Made by a program: the position numbers and the translations under genes. From assembly GCA_002838935.1 (NCBI GenBank), contig PGXE01000007.1, positions 5,673 to 42,258 of the forward strand: DNA of 36,586 bases, given 5' to 3'. The DNA comes from Thermoplasmata archaeon HGW-Thermoplasmata-1. GTDB lineage: Archaea; Thermoplasmatota; E2; GCA-002838935. Of the stretch, positions 15,153 through 23,849 are shown one piece after another (position 1 is the stretch's first letter; every line of letters begins with the position of its first letter). The notes below the pieces were generated by a model. It was not told the origin of the DNA. It saw only the letters and a program-made list of their open reading frames with translations, and made no database searches.

Positions 15153-18100
15153 ATGACAAAAACAGGCAATTTCAACATGCCAAGGATGCTGGCCGTAATG
15201 CTGAGCGTCATGTTCCTTGTTCCGGCAGGAATGATTTTTTCAGGAAATAACGCAGAGGCGGCATCCCAAAGCTTTCCCGGCGTCCAGAGAACGCAGGTGG
15301 ATACCCTGAATTTCTGGTTCCATTACAATTACAACATGGATTTTTCAGAATCCACTGCCGAGGACCCAACGATAGAACCCGCCTTCGATGTGGACGACAG
15401 CGGTCCTTATACGCTGCCGATAGGTTTTGTCTATGATCCTACCTCTCCGTATACGGGGGATGCCCTCAAAAGCGACCTTGCAGTGAGAAACTACGCGGAC
15501 GGCACATCCGGTAAGGTAATCATCTACGTCGCCTCGCCCGGAAATGTCTTGGTGGATGTCACTGTGACAGCGAAGCTTTACAAGGGTACGAATAGCGCGG
15601 GAGAATTGATGCTCGAAGGCGAAAAAACGGAAGAATCTTTAGTGGGGGAAGATATGACGTTCACAATACCCCTCTCTTTGCCCGAGTCGAAGAATGAATG
15701 TGTATTTAGCCAGGGCGAGATGATATACGTTAAGATCGAGGCCGCACCCTCAGACCTAGCTGATCCCATTTTCCTCTACGACAGTGTGGACTACCCGGCA
15801 TATATGAGCCTCTTCTGCGAGAGCATCAAGACCGCTTTGGACACATACGACTACGAAAACAACGAAAAAGCAATATTTGATCCCCTTGCCGAGGACGACG
15901 ACAACCGCACCGTGAACTTCAAGTATTATCTCACCAACGCTTTTGGAACCGGGTACAGCAGCACGCCGCGCGTTACGCTTACAGCACCGGACGGAACTGT
16001 CCTGTGCTATGACTATGCGACGCCGAACAACATAAATTCAGCTACGAAGCTCTATAACTATTCGTGGACGTATCCCGAGAATGCAGCCACCGGAGATTAC
16101 ACGGTGACGTTTTACGGCAAGTCCAACGGGGGTAACGCGCTGCCTTACCGCGACAACCTGAAATTCAGGATGGGCGACTTCGACTATAAATTCACGGCTT
16201 ACGCAAACGACGTCACCCATTACGTTCGGGCAGGGGAATGGACTTCGTTTCTCATGAGAATAGAGAACACGGGCGCAACGACCGACACCTTCACTTTCGC
16301 AAACTCGGAGCCTGCATCGGGCTGGACCGCCGAAGCGCCCGCAGGCGTGAAGGTTGCGCCGGGCGGGCACGCGAACGTCTATTTCAAGATGAAGTCTCCC
16401 GACTCCGCGGCCGTGGGCGCGCTCTCGTCGCTGAGGCTTACAGCCACAAGCACCGGCGGCAAGGTTTCGCAAGACGTTGACGTAATCACGATAGTTACCG
16501 ACAACACGATATACGGCGTAAAGCTCACCACGCCAACGCCCGAAATAAAGATGAAGTACAACACGACCGAAACGGTCGAGGTGATGGTGAAGAACCTCGG
16601 GACGCTGTCGGATACCTTCGGCCTTTCCTACGCGGTTTCGTCCGGCTGGACCGACGGCGAAGGAAACGCGCTTGACACCGATAAGTGGAATGTGGAGCTT
16701 CTGCCACCCACAATAGATAATCTATATGGTTCGAGCACCGAAATTTCCCTGCTCAAAGTGACAACTCCAGAAGACGCGCAGATAGGCCAGTATATCAATG
16801 TAGACATAACAGGCAAGTCCTTCAACTCGCCGACGAAGACGCATACCCTGCGTGTCAAGGTGGCGATAGGCGGGTTCTACGGGTTTGAGGTAGATATATT
16901 GGGTGATGCAAAAACGCATAATCTTGGAGGATATGGTGAAGATGAATGGCTGGTGGGTGTCTTGGGGGGCGGAGTCTTCAGCACGGTCTATACCCGTGCC
17001 GGCTATAACTATTTCACGATAATGATTCATAATACAGGCGACGAGGATACATATATGCTCTCACACTGGACGCAGACCCGCAGCGCAGCGTGGGGATACT
17101 GTCTTGAAGACCGCGACGGGAATGAGATAAGCAGCATAACTGTCCCTGCCGGAGGCTATGGCGAGTTTAGATTGAGAACATCATACACTTCGTATCCCAC
17201 GAGCGGGACGTATGATAAATATTCCACTTATCACGTAGGGATAATGTCTCAGGCCAATCCCATAAAATATGTAACTGTGTCTGACCTTAAAACTGATGCC
17301 AACGATGGATATTCAGGCATTGAGAAATATAAAATATCTCTCGATGCGATAGAGATAACCGATCATGCTAATCATACTCTTGGATTGGCGGACATGGAGA
17401 AAACCCTAGTTCCGGGGGGGAATGTCAGTTACAAATTCAGAGTCACCAATACGGGCAACTTTGGTGACAACGCTTATTTGAGCAGTAGCCTTTCTTCTAA
17501 GCAAAAGCAAGATGGATGGAAGGTAGAGATGTTCGATGAGGCTGGCGATATAATTGGGGAAGATGGATACATCGCTCTTGGAACCGTTAATGCTGGCGCC
17601 TATACTGGAACCGGCCCCGGACTCGATGCTGAAATCGTTGTCAACGTCACTGCTCCCACAACCGCACAAGCCGGCGTATACCTCGACCTGACGGTTACGG
17701 CGGTCAGCAAGGGCGATGCCAGCAAATTCGACCAGATATCGTTCCTGACGACGATTGCGGAGACGAAAGCCGTCGATCTTTCAGTGTTGCCAGAAAGTGT
17801 GGCGATTCATCCCGGAAAGACGGCTAATTACCTCGTGACCGTCCACAACAGCGGAAGCACCTACGACGAGTTCGCGCTGTCCGCCGCCCTCGACAGCGCC
17901 TCGGTTGCGAAGGGTTGGGCCGCCTCGTTCTCGCAGGGCACGGTAGGCGTTCCCGCAGGCAGGAGCTACGGCACCGTGCTTTCGGTCAAGGCGCCGTCGA
18001 ATGCCGCGAGCGGCGAAACCTGCACGATTAACGTAACTGCGTTCAACAAGAACGATGCTAAAGTCAACAAAAGCATAGTCGTCGAAGCCAGGGTCGAGAG

Positions 18101-19691
18101 CTTCGTTGCTGGCTTGACTGTCAGCGCAAATCCGGCGTCAGGCAGCGTGCGCTCCGGCGAGAGTCGCACCTACGAGATAACAGTCGAGAACAAGCAGACG
18201 ATCGACGATACGATACTCGTCGTCGCATGTCCGGTCCCCGCAGGCTGGAACGTGACTTTCGCTTCGGGTAGCAAAGAGACGAGCGTTTCTCTCGGCGCAG
18301 GCAATTCGACGAAACTAATCCTGGCCGTTAAAGCACCCGTCGATGCTATCGCGGAAAGCGAGTTCTTGACTACAGTTAGGGGCGTTTCGTCTAACGTAGC
18401 CATATTCGACAAGGTCGGTATAATTACAAAGGTAACGGGCCAGGTCGGCGTCAGGATAGACTACGACTATCTGGCGAAGACGGTCGAACCCGGCGGTTAT
18501 TTCAACTATCCGATTCGCATCTGGAACGAGGGCACGGACTGGGACACCATTTCGATAACTACCTCCGCCCCTCAGCCTGGCTGGACAGTTGCCGCAGCCG
18601 ATGCCGCGCTCACGATACCGCCGCTCAGCTTCAAGCAGACCTACGTCAACGTGTCGGCTCCGGAATCTGCGGAGATGGGCGTGAGCATGAACACGCTCGT
18701 AACGGCACGTTCCGGCAAGGATTCGACAATCTATAAGACGGTTACGTTCAACACTACCGTGGCGATACGCGCACTCGACCTCATAAAAGCCTACAACCTT
18801 ACGATGACGCGGCAGTTCCCTGCAGAATCCGCGTTCTACATGCTCACAGTCAAGAACACGGGAACGCTGACCGACGAATTCGGCGTTACGGTTTCCATGC
18901 CTGCAGAACTCCTTGAGCAGGGCTGGAACGCGTCGCTCGACGTGAACACGACCTCGCAGCTTTTAGTCGGCCAGTCGAAGGACATAAAGCTGAACGTGAC
19001 CGCGCCGCTGAACGCAACGTCCGGGGATTACGCCCTCATATCCGTAAGGGCGCAGTCGCAAGGCAGAGTGTCCGTCGCAAAGACGGCGGTCGTGAACGTC
19101 AGCATATGCGACTACGCGGCAAGGGACCTTGACGGCGACGGAGTGATGGAATACGCGGGCGACATCGACGGCAACGCGACGACCGGCTACGAACGGTTCT
19201 TCGATTCCGGCATTGGCAACAACACGACTGCGATGGTATACCGCGTCTTTGGCGACCCGATAAACAAGACCGGCTTTATCCTCACGTCCGTCGATGAGGG
19301 AGTCGTCTACAAGTACTGGAACCCGCACGACGACGTGGTGACCAACATCACCTACCTCGCGAACATCACGGGCGATGAACTCCGGGAGATATTCATCGAT
19401 ACCACCGGCAACGGCAAGGTCGACGCCGTGTTCTTCCCGGAAACCGGGATGCTTTACCCTGTCATAATCGTGGATATCGACGGCGTCGAGCATTTCGTCG
19501 TGGACCTCAACGGGAACGGCGTGATGGACGAGGGCGACATCGTCTACAACCCGACCACTGCCGAGACCTACACCGTGATGCCCGAAGAATCGCTTGCAGA
19601 CAAACTGCTCGGCTACTGGTACGTCTATCTCCTTGCCGCTGTCGTGGCGCTGCTTGCGATAGTCGTGTCGAGCGTCAAGAGAAAGAAGTAG
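15153..19691 (+). CDS. Giant (~1513 aa) surface/adhesin-like protein with multiple NEW3/CARDB-like Ig domains, DxDGDG Ca-binding-like repeats and a C-terminal TM anchor
   Basis: GAGGAG RBS at 15138-15143 ahead of the ATG at 15153 (the track uses TTG 15144). Signal peptide (MLAVMLSVMFLVPAGMIFSGNNAEA). At least six modules with the xGW signature (ASGWTAEAP, SSGWTDGEG, AKGWAASFS, PAGWNVTFA, QPGWTVAAA, EQGWNASLD). DLDGDGVMEY, DIDGNATTGY, DTTGNGKVD and DLNGNGVMDEGD motifs. Tail WYVYLLAAVVALLAIVVSSVKRKK. Confidence 0.8.
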   Translation: MTKTGNFNMPRMLAVMLSVMFLVPAGMIFSGNNAEAASQSFPGVQRTQVDTLNFWFHYNYNMDFSESTAEDPTIEPAFDVDDSGPYTLPIGFVYDPTSPYTGDALKSDLAVRNYADGTSGKVIIYVASPGNVLVDVTVTAKLYKGTNSAGELMLEGEKTEESLVGEDMTFTIPLSLPESKNECVFSQGEMIYVKIEAAPSDLADPIFLYDSVDYPAYMSLFCESIKTALDTYDYENNEKAIFDPLAEDDDNRTVNFKYYLTNAFGTGYSSTPRVTLTAPDGTVLCYDYATPNNINSATKLYNYSWTYPENAATGDYTVTFYGKSNGGNALPYRDNLKFRMGDFDYKFTAYANDVTHYVRAGEWTSFLMRIENTGATTDTFTFANSEPASGWTAEAPAGVKVAPGGHANVYFKMKSPDSAAVGALSSLRLTATSTGGKVSQDVDVITIVTDNTIYGVKLTTPTPEIKMKYNTTETVEVMVKNLGTLSDTFGLSYAVSSGWTDGEGNALDTDKWNVELLPPTIDNLYGSSTEISLLKVTTPEDAQIGQYINVDITGKSFNSPTKTHTLRVKVAIGGFYGFEVDILGDAKTHNLGGYGEDEWLVGVLGGGVFSTVYTRAGYNYFTIMIHNTGDEDTYMLSHWTQTRSAAWGYCLEDRDGNEISSITVPAGGYGEFRLRTSYTSYPTSGTYDKYSTYHVGIMSQANPIKYVTVSDLKTDANDGYSGIEKYKISLDAIEITDHANHTLGLADMEKTLVPGGNVSYKFRVTNTGNFGDNAYLSSSLSSKQKQDGWKVEMFDEAGDIIGEDGYIALGTVNAGAYTGTGPGLDAEIVVNVTAPTTAQAGVYLDLTVTAVSKGDASKFDQISFLTTIAETKAVDLSVLPESVAIHPGKTANYLVTVHNSGSTYDEFALSAALDSASVAKGWAASFSQGTVGVPAGRSYGTVLSVKAPSNAASGETCTINVTAFNKNDAKVNKSIVVEARVESFVAGLTVSANPASGSVRSGESRTYEITVENKQTIDDTILVVACPVPAGWNVTFASGSKETSVSLGAGNSTKLILAVKAPVDAIAESEFLTTVRGVSSNVAIFDKVGIITKVTGQVGVRIDYDYLAKTVEPGGYFNYPIRIWNEGTDWDTISITTSAPQPGWTVAAADAALTIPPLSFKQTYVNVSAPESAEMGVSMNTLVTARSGKDSTIYKTVTFNTTVAIRALDLIKAYNLTMTRQFPAESAFYMLTVKNTGTLTDEFGVTVSMPAELLEQGWNASLDVNTTSQLLVGQSKDIKLNVTAPLNATSGDYALISVRAQSQGRVSVAKTAVVNVSICDYAARDLDGDGVMEYAGDIDGNATTGYERFFDSGIGNNTTAMVYRVFGDPINKTGFILTSVDEGVVYKYWNPHDDVVTNITYLANITGDELREIFIDTTGNGKVDAVFFPETGMLYPVIIVDIDGVEHFVVDLNGNGVMDEGDIVYNPTTAETYTVMPEESLADKLLGYWYVYLLAAVVALLAIVVSSVKRKK

Positions 19692-19777
19692 GCAAAAAAC
19701 GGCGCGGCCCGCGCAAATGCCCAGAACGCCATGCGCGAAAAGCGGCAAAGCAACCGCCCCTCCCGCATCAACTCTTT

Positions 19778-20335
19778 TCACTCTTCTAAAACCGGTTTTT
19801 TCCTTTCTTGTGTTTTTCCAAGATCCACCCATATCTCGGCAAAACGGTCGACCGTTTCGTCTAGGAAGCTTTCTTTGTAGGTTATCAGTAGTTCTGTTAC
19901 CGCGTCCTCGTTTTCAATGCAGAGGCGGCCGTTTGGGTCATTTGACACTATTCCGTTTTTTAGCAGTTGAGAAAGCGCGGACGATAACGCCGCCCCATCG
20001 AGCCCGATGTGCGCGCAGGCGTCCTTCGCCGTGCACGGCCCGCTTAGAAGGAGGTGCATGACGAGGTCGCGGGCATCCTTGCGCCGCAAAAGCATCATCA
20101 AATCCTTCTCCTTTCTCCCCATCTTCTCCTTTACGAAATACCTCACGTTCCTGCCGTCGCGCTTCTTCATCACGAGCTCCTTTTTTTCGAGGTAGTGCAG
20201 GTGGTATTCGAGAGTGCCAGTCGTCATGCCTATCCGGCGCTGAAGCTCCCGGTGGTGTATCCCCGGATTCAGAAGAAGGGTGCGGTAGATGTTGCGCCGG
20301 TTCTCAAGAGCCAGCAAGTCGGGTTCCTTTCCCAT
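19778..20335 (-). CDS. ArsR-family winged-helix transcriptional regulator (two wHTH-like halves)
   Basis: NRRNIYRTLLLNPGIHHRELQRRIGMTTGTLEYHLHYLEKKELVMKKRDGRNVRYF is a classic ArsR/SmtB-type HTH. The second half (CTAKDACAHIGLDGAALSSALSQLLKNGIV) looks like another wHTH. Confidence 0.7.
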   Translation of the reverse strand: MGKEPDLLALENRRNIYRTLLLNPGIHHRELQRRIGMTTGTLEYHLHYLEKKELVMKKRDGRNVRYFVKEKMGRKEKDLMMLLRRKDARDLVMHLLLSGPCTAKDACAHIGLDGAALSSALSQLLKNGIVSNDPNGRLCIENEDAVTELLITYKESFLDETVDRFAEIWVDLGKTQERKKPVLEE

Positions 20336-20349
20336 GCGAAACCTTCTTT

Positions 20350-20616
20350 TCAGACCCTTCCAATCGCAAGCGCCATGAACGCGAGAACGCCAAGCACGTA
20401 GAGCGAGAGCATGTTCAGCAGCGTGCCAGTCGATATCGCAACGGCAAAGCTCTCGAGCACGAGAGTCAGGCCGAATATCAAAAGCAGCAGTATCGCGCAG
20501 GCAATGAAGAAAAGCCGCAGGCTGCCCTGTTTCCTGTAGGCCGCAACCGACGTGTAGAGGAGCCAGCCGGAGAGCAGGGATATGCTTATACCTAGGATTA
20601 GATGCAGCAGGTTCAT
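20350..20616 (-). CDS. Small three-TM membrane protein, co-oriented just upstream of the ArsR-like gene
   Basis: MNLLHLILGISISLLSGWLLYTSVAAYRKQGSLRLFFIACAILLLLIFGLTLVLESFAVAISTGTLLNMLSLYVLGVLAFMALAIGRV. The internal ATG at 20616 was chosen because the upstream part of the track ORF is non-hydrophobic and overlaps the neighbouring gene. Confidence 0.45.
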   Translation of the reverse strand: MNLLHLILGISISLLSGWLLYTSVAAYRKQGSLRLFFIACAILLLLIFGLTLVLESFAVAISTGTLLNMLSLYVLGVLAFMALAIGRV

Positions 20617-20696
20617 ATTATCACAATATCGGGCAAACGCATGTCCGCTTATTAATTCTTTTGAAAAACGAACGTCAAAACAGAAAAAGTGCAGGC

Positions 20697-21905
20697 TCAC
20701 TCCCTTGGTGTTGCAACCTTCCGGACCGACGGTGCGGTATCGGGTGCATTTTTCACCCTTGGGGTGGTGTCGCGCAGATGCGCCCACGTTTCAAACGATC
20801 TCGGGTGGTAGCCGCTGTGGGATGCGCAGTATTTGCTTCCATCCTTTGCAACGTTCCCGCATTGCCTGCCGGACTCCGTTACCGCAGCGCACTGATAGTT
20901 TTTGGGATCACCCTCTGAAGATGCGGCCGTATCCGCGTTTTCGTATTGGACTCCGAGGATGGCGGGTTTCGTGTGGATGATGCCTTGCGCCGGTTCGTCC
21001 TCCATGCTCTTCATCATCTGCCCTTCGGTAAGTGGATAGTAACCCTTGTGCGAAGCGCAGTATTTGCTCCCTCTGCGTGCCGAGTTCGTGCACTGTTCGT
21101 CCGCCGCCGTTATCGCCATGCACTGCGGGCGGTAGCTCTTCTCCTCTGCGGCGTGATGGATGCGGTGGCCCTCCTTCATGAGAAACGGCATACCGGTCTG
21201 CTCGCTTACGCCGACGACGTACCCGTCTGGCTTTGGCGTCGGCTCCCCGCTTTTTGGCGTATGCTTCGAAAAGAAATAAATCGGCCTGCTCTTGCCGTTC
21301 TTGAGCGCGATGTCACTGCGGTATAACGTATAATCGCCGTAATGAAAAGGCGCTTCCCGCATCTTCGTTTCGCATAATGCCGTTGGCGCGAGGGGGGCTG
21401 GTTTAGCAGTTATCTTTCCTTTTGCCCAGCATGCGGGGCATATCGCGCGGTGACCATACTGGGACTTCTCGGCGCGGAATATCTCGCCGCATTTCTCGCA
21501 CTTCACCTTCATGTCCGTGGTTTCCCATTTTGCGTCAGCCGGATACTCGTCGCTTTCGGCGGCCGCCTCTTTTTTTGAGCGAGCCCTTTTCTTTGCGGAT
21601 ACGAGGGCGAGTATCAGTATGAGAATCAGCAGCACGCCGATTGCCCCAAGCACTATCGGCGCCCAAAGCACGACCGTGTCGAACGACACGCCGGTTCCAA
21701 AGAGGTCGGCGTCGCCCTCTGCGAACTTCAAAATCACGTATGTGAACAAACCTGCTATGGCAAGAACGAGTATCAGCAGGATTACGGCGGGGGCCACCCA
21801 CCACCTCGCGGCCTTTTTCTCCTTGGTTTTACGAGCGGACTTTTTATCCTTTGTCATGAGCGCACCATCCATCGCGTCAATTGCACAGATCCCCTGCCCG
21901 GGCAT
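20697..21905 (-). CDS. Membrane-tethered zinc-ribbon protein with two C-terminal CCCH (C-X7-C-X10-C-X2-H) modules
   Basis: Lys-rich N-terminus and two TM helices. CXXC...CXXC ribbon (KCEKCGEIF...ICPACW). Duplicated module QCMAITAADEQCTNSARRGSKYCASHKGY / QCAAVTESGRQCGNVAKDGSKYCASHSGY. The start may instead be the ATG at 21872 or 21857. Confidence 0.6.
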   Translation of the reverse strand: MPGQGICAIDAMDGALMTKDKKSARKTKEKKAARWWVAPAVILLILVLAIAGLFTYVILKFAEGDADLFGTGVSFDTVVLWAPIVLGAIGVLLILILILALVSAKKRARSKKEAAAESDEYPADAKWETTDMKVKCEKCGEIFRAEKSQYGHRAICPACWAKGKITAKPAPLAPTALCETKMREAPFHYGDYTLYRSDIALKNGKSRPIYFFSKHTPKSGEPTPKPDGYVVGVSEQTGMPFLMKEGHRIHHAAEEKSYRPQCMAITAADEQCTNSARRGSKYCASHKGYYPLTEGQMMKSMEDEPAQGIIHTKPAILGVQYENADTAASSEGDPKNYQCAAVTESGRQCGNVAKDGSKYCASHSGYHPRSFETWAHLRDTTPRVKNAPDTAPSVRKVATPRE

Positions 21906-22060
21906 CAGGTCTATCTATGCAAGAATGAAGAATACTTAATATAACCTTTTTGGTCGCATATACCTGTTTTTCTGCCATCTCCCCCCATTTTTCCAATAAA
22001 AACCTTATAGGCCTCATTCATTCAGGGATATACCAAAAAAGAGACGTGAAGAGGGATATC

Positions 22061-23125
22061 ATGACCTGTGCTTCTATTTCACAAAGCCTAAAAAACGGTT
22101 TCGCCATCAGCGTTGAGAAACTTGGCAAAATGGCAAAAAGGCCGGCAGTGGCCGCCGCGGCGATCCTGTTCGTACCCGGCCTGTTCATACTCTTGGGCCA
22201 CATCCTATACACGAACCTCGACAGCTACCTTTTCAGCCTTATCGTCATGGCGCCGATGTTCGTCGGCCTTGGTTTCCTCGGCCTGGGCTACATCTTCCGC
22301 CTTCGCTCGCGCCACATACTGATGGCCGTCGGCTGGCTCGTCTTCTCGCTTTACTGGGGAACGCAGGTCGACCTTCTTTACTGGGAGGAGGGCGGATTCA
22401 TAAACGCGGCCTTTGGCGCCGCAGCCGTTTACCTTTTTGCGTATCTCGCATACCACGAGGTCATCTCCCATGCGAAGAAGGAGAATTTCGCGCCACTCGA
22501 GTTCATGGCCGGAGCGACGTTCGTTGCCGCGTTCTTCTATTTTCTCGTAGAGCGGATACCTTCAGTATCGCGGTTCCTGATAACCGAGGTGGCCGACCAG
22601 TCCGCCGGCGTTCTGCGGCTATTCGGGCACGACTTCACGTCAGGCGTCGCAATCCTGCCGCACGGCGCACCCTGGTTTGCATTCAACGCGCCGATATATT
22701 ATAACGGCGAGATGACGAATATCTCGATAATACTCGCCTGCACCGCGCTGCAGTCGATAATGATATTCGTGGGTGCAATCTACGCCACGACAGGCAAGAT
22801 ACCGCTCAAAAGAAGGATTGCGGCGCTCGCTGCAACCGCCATACCGATATACGTTCTCAACCTTTTCAGGAACGCAGGCGTTATCTGGGCGGTCATAGTC
22901 AGGGGGTGGGATTTCGGGATCGTTCACGACTGGGTGGCGAAGTTCGGCGTGCTCCTGGTTTTGGTGGCGCTTGCCTATATCGTCTTCAAGCTTCTTCCAG
23001 AGCTTTACGACGACCTCGCAGGCCTGCTCGACCTTCCAAAGAGAAACGGCCCCGTAGAGCGGTTCTTCAGGGAGCGTTTTGGCAAAAAACCGGAAACCTT
23101 GAATGAGCAGGGTGGAGAGGAATGA
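22061..23125 (+). CDS. artA: Archaeosortase A (exosortase/archaeosortase family, PGF-CTERM-specific type inferred)
   Basis: Polytopic membrane protein with the family's Cys/Arg/His-bearing segments (ISIILACTALQSIMIF, LNLFRNAGVIW, FGIVHDWVAKF). A canonical PGF-CTERM substrate lies in the same window. Stop overlaps the next gene (ATGA). The start is uncertain (22061 or 22130; the track uses TTG 21950). Confidence 0.7.
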   Translation: MTCASISQSLKNGFAISVEKLGKMAKRPAVAAAAILFVPGLFILLGHILYTNLDSYLFSLIVMAPMFVGLGFLGLGYIFRLRSRHILMAVGWLVFSLYWGTQVDLLYWEEGGFINAAFGAAAVYLFAYLAYHEVISHAKKENFAPLEFMAGATFVAAFFYFLVERIPSVSRFLITEVADQSAGVLRLFGHDFTSGVAILPHGAPWFAFNAPIYYNGEMTNISIILACTALQSIMIFVGAIYATTGKIPLKRRIAALAATAIPIYVLNLFRNAGVIWAVIVRGWDFGIVHDWVAKFGVLLVLVALAYIVFKLLPELYDDLAGLLDLPKRNGPVERFFRERFGKKPETLNEQGGEE

Positions 23126-23763
23126 GGATAGCGGCGGGTTCCGTCTCGTGGATAATGGCGTCCCTTGCGGCAACGGCGCTGCTGCTTTTCGCATCCGTGC
23201 CAATATATACCGGAGGCGGGCGGTGGTTTCTCGCGCTGCCGCTCGCATCGTTGCTTTTCACTCTGTTCCTTTTCTTCTTCTTTCGCGACCCCGTGCGCAG
23301 TATCGGTGCCGGCATCGTGGCGCCCGCCGACGGGAAGGTGCAGTTTCTCGACCGCGTGAGCGACTCCGACGTCGGCGACGCGGTGCGGCTTTCGGTTTTC
23401 ATGAACCTGCACAACGTCCACGTCAACCGCTTCCCTCTTGCCGGACGGGTTATTTCGGTAGAGCGCGCCGCCGGAAAGCACCTGCCGGCATTCGATAAGG
23501 ATTCGGAGCGAAACGAGCGCGCGGTCATACTTATGGAAACCGGCATAGGCACAGTCAAGCTCGTGCAGATAGCGGGCGCCGTTGCAAGGCGGATATACCC
23601 CTACGTCAAGGGCGGGGAGAGCGTGCGGAAAGGCGACAAACTGGGCCTCATTCGGCTCGGTTCGCGTTTTGACATCTACGTTCCTTTTGGCGGCGCAGAG
23701 TTTACGGTAAAGGTGGGGGACAGGGTTCTTGCAGGCTTGACTTCGATAGGGCGCACGCTATAA
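23122..23763 (+). CDS. pssD: Phosphatidylserine/archaetidylserine decarboxylase proenzyme homologue
   Basis: FFFRDPVR...APADGKV...VFMNLHNVHVNRFPLAGRV...SERNERAV...VQIAGAVARRI...GDKLGLIRLGSRFDIYVP is a full PSD signature. It includes the LGS self-cleavage site region. Confidence 0.85.
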   Translation: MRIAAGSVSWIMASLAATALLLFASVPIYTGGGRWFLALPLASLLFTLFLFFFFRDPVRSIGAGIVAPADGKVQFLDRVSDSDVGDAVRLSVFMNLHNVHVNRFPLAGRVISVERAAGKHLPAFDKDSERNERAVILMETGIGTVKLVQIAGAVARRIYPYVKGGESVRKGDKLGLIRLGSRFDIYVPFGGAEFTVKVGDRVLAGLTSIGRTL

Positions 23764-23849
23764 AACCTCTTTTGCCGGAGCAAATCCCGCAAGCAACAGG
23801 CAGCAAAAGCAAAACGCGCGCAATATGGGCGCGCGCAATCGCAAAAATG

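Noticed and set aside
18963-19832. 289-aa minus-strand ORF at the 3' end of the giant surface gene
   Set aside because: It is antisense to a gene with continuous domain structure. It has the same off-frame composition, and its start lies inside the convergent ArsR-like gene.
22640-23558. Minus-strand ORFs of 202, 158 and 163 aa over the artA-pssD junction
   Set aside because: They are antisense to two genes with strong family motifs and have no features of their own.
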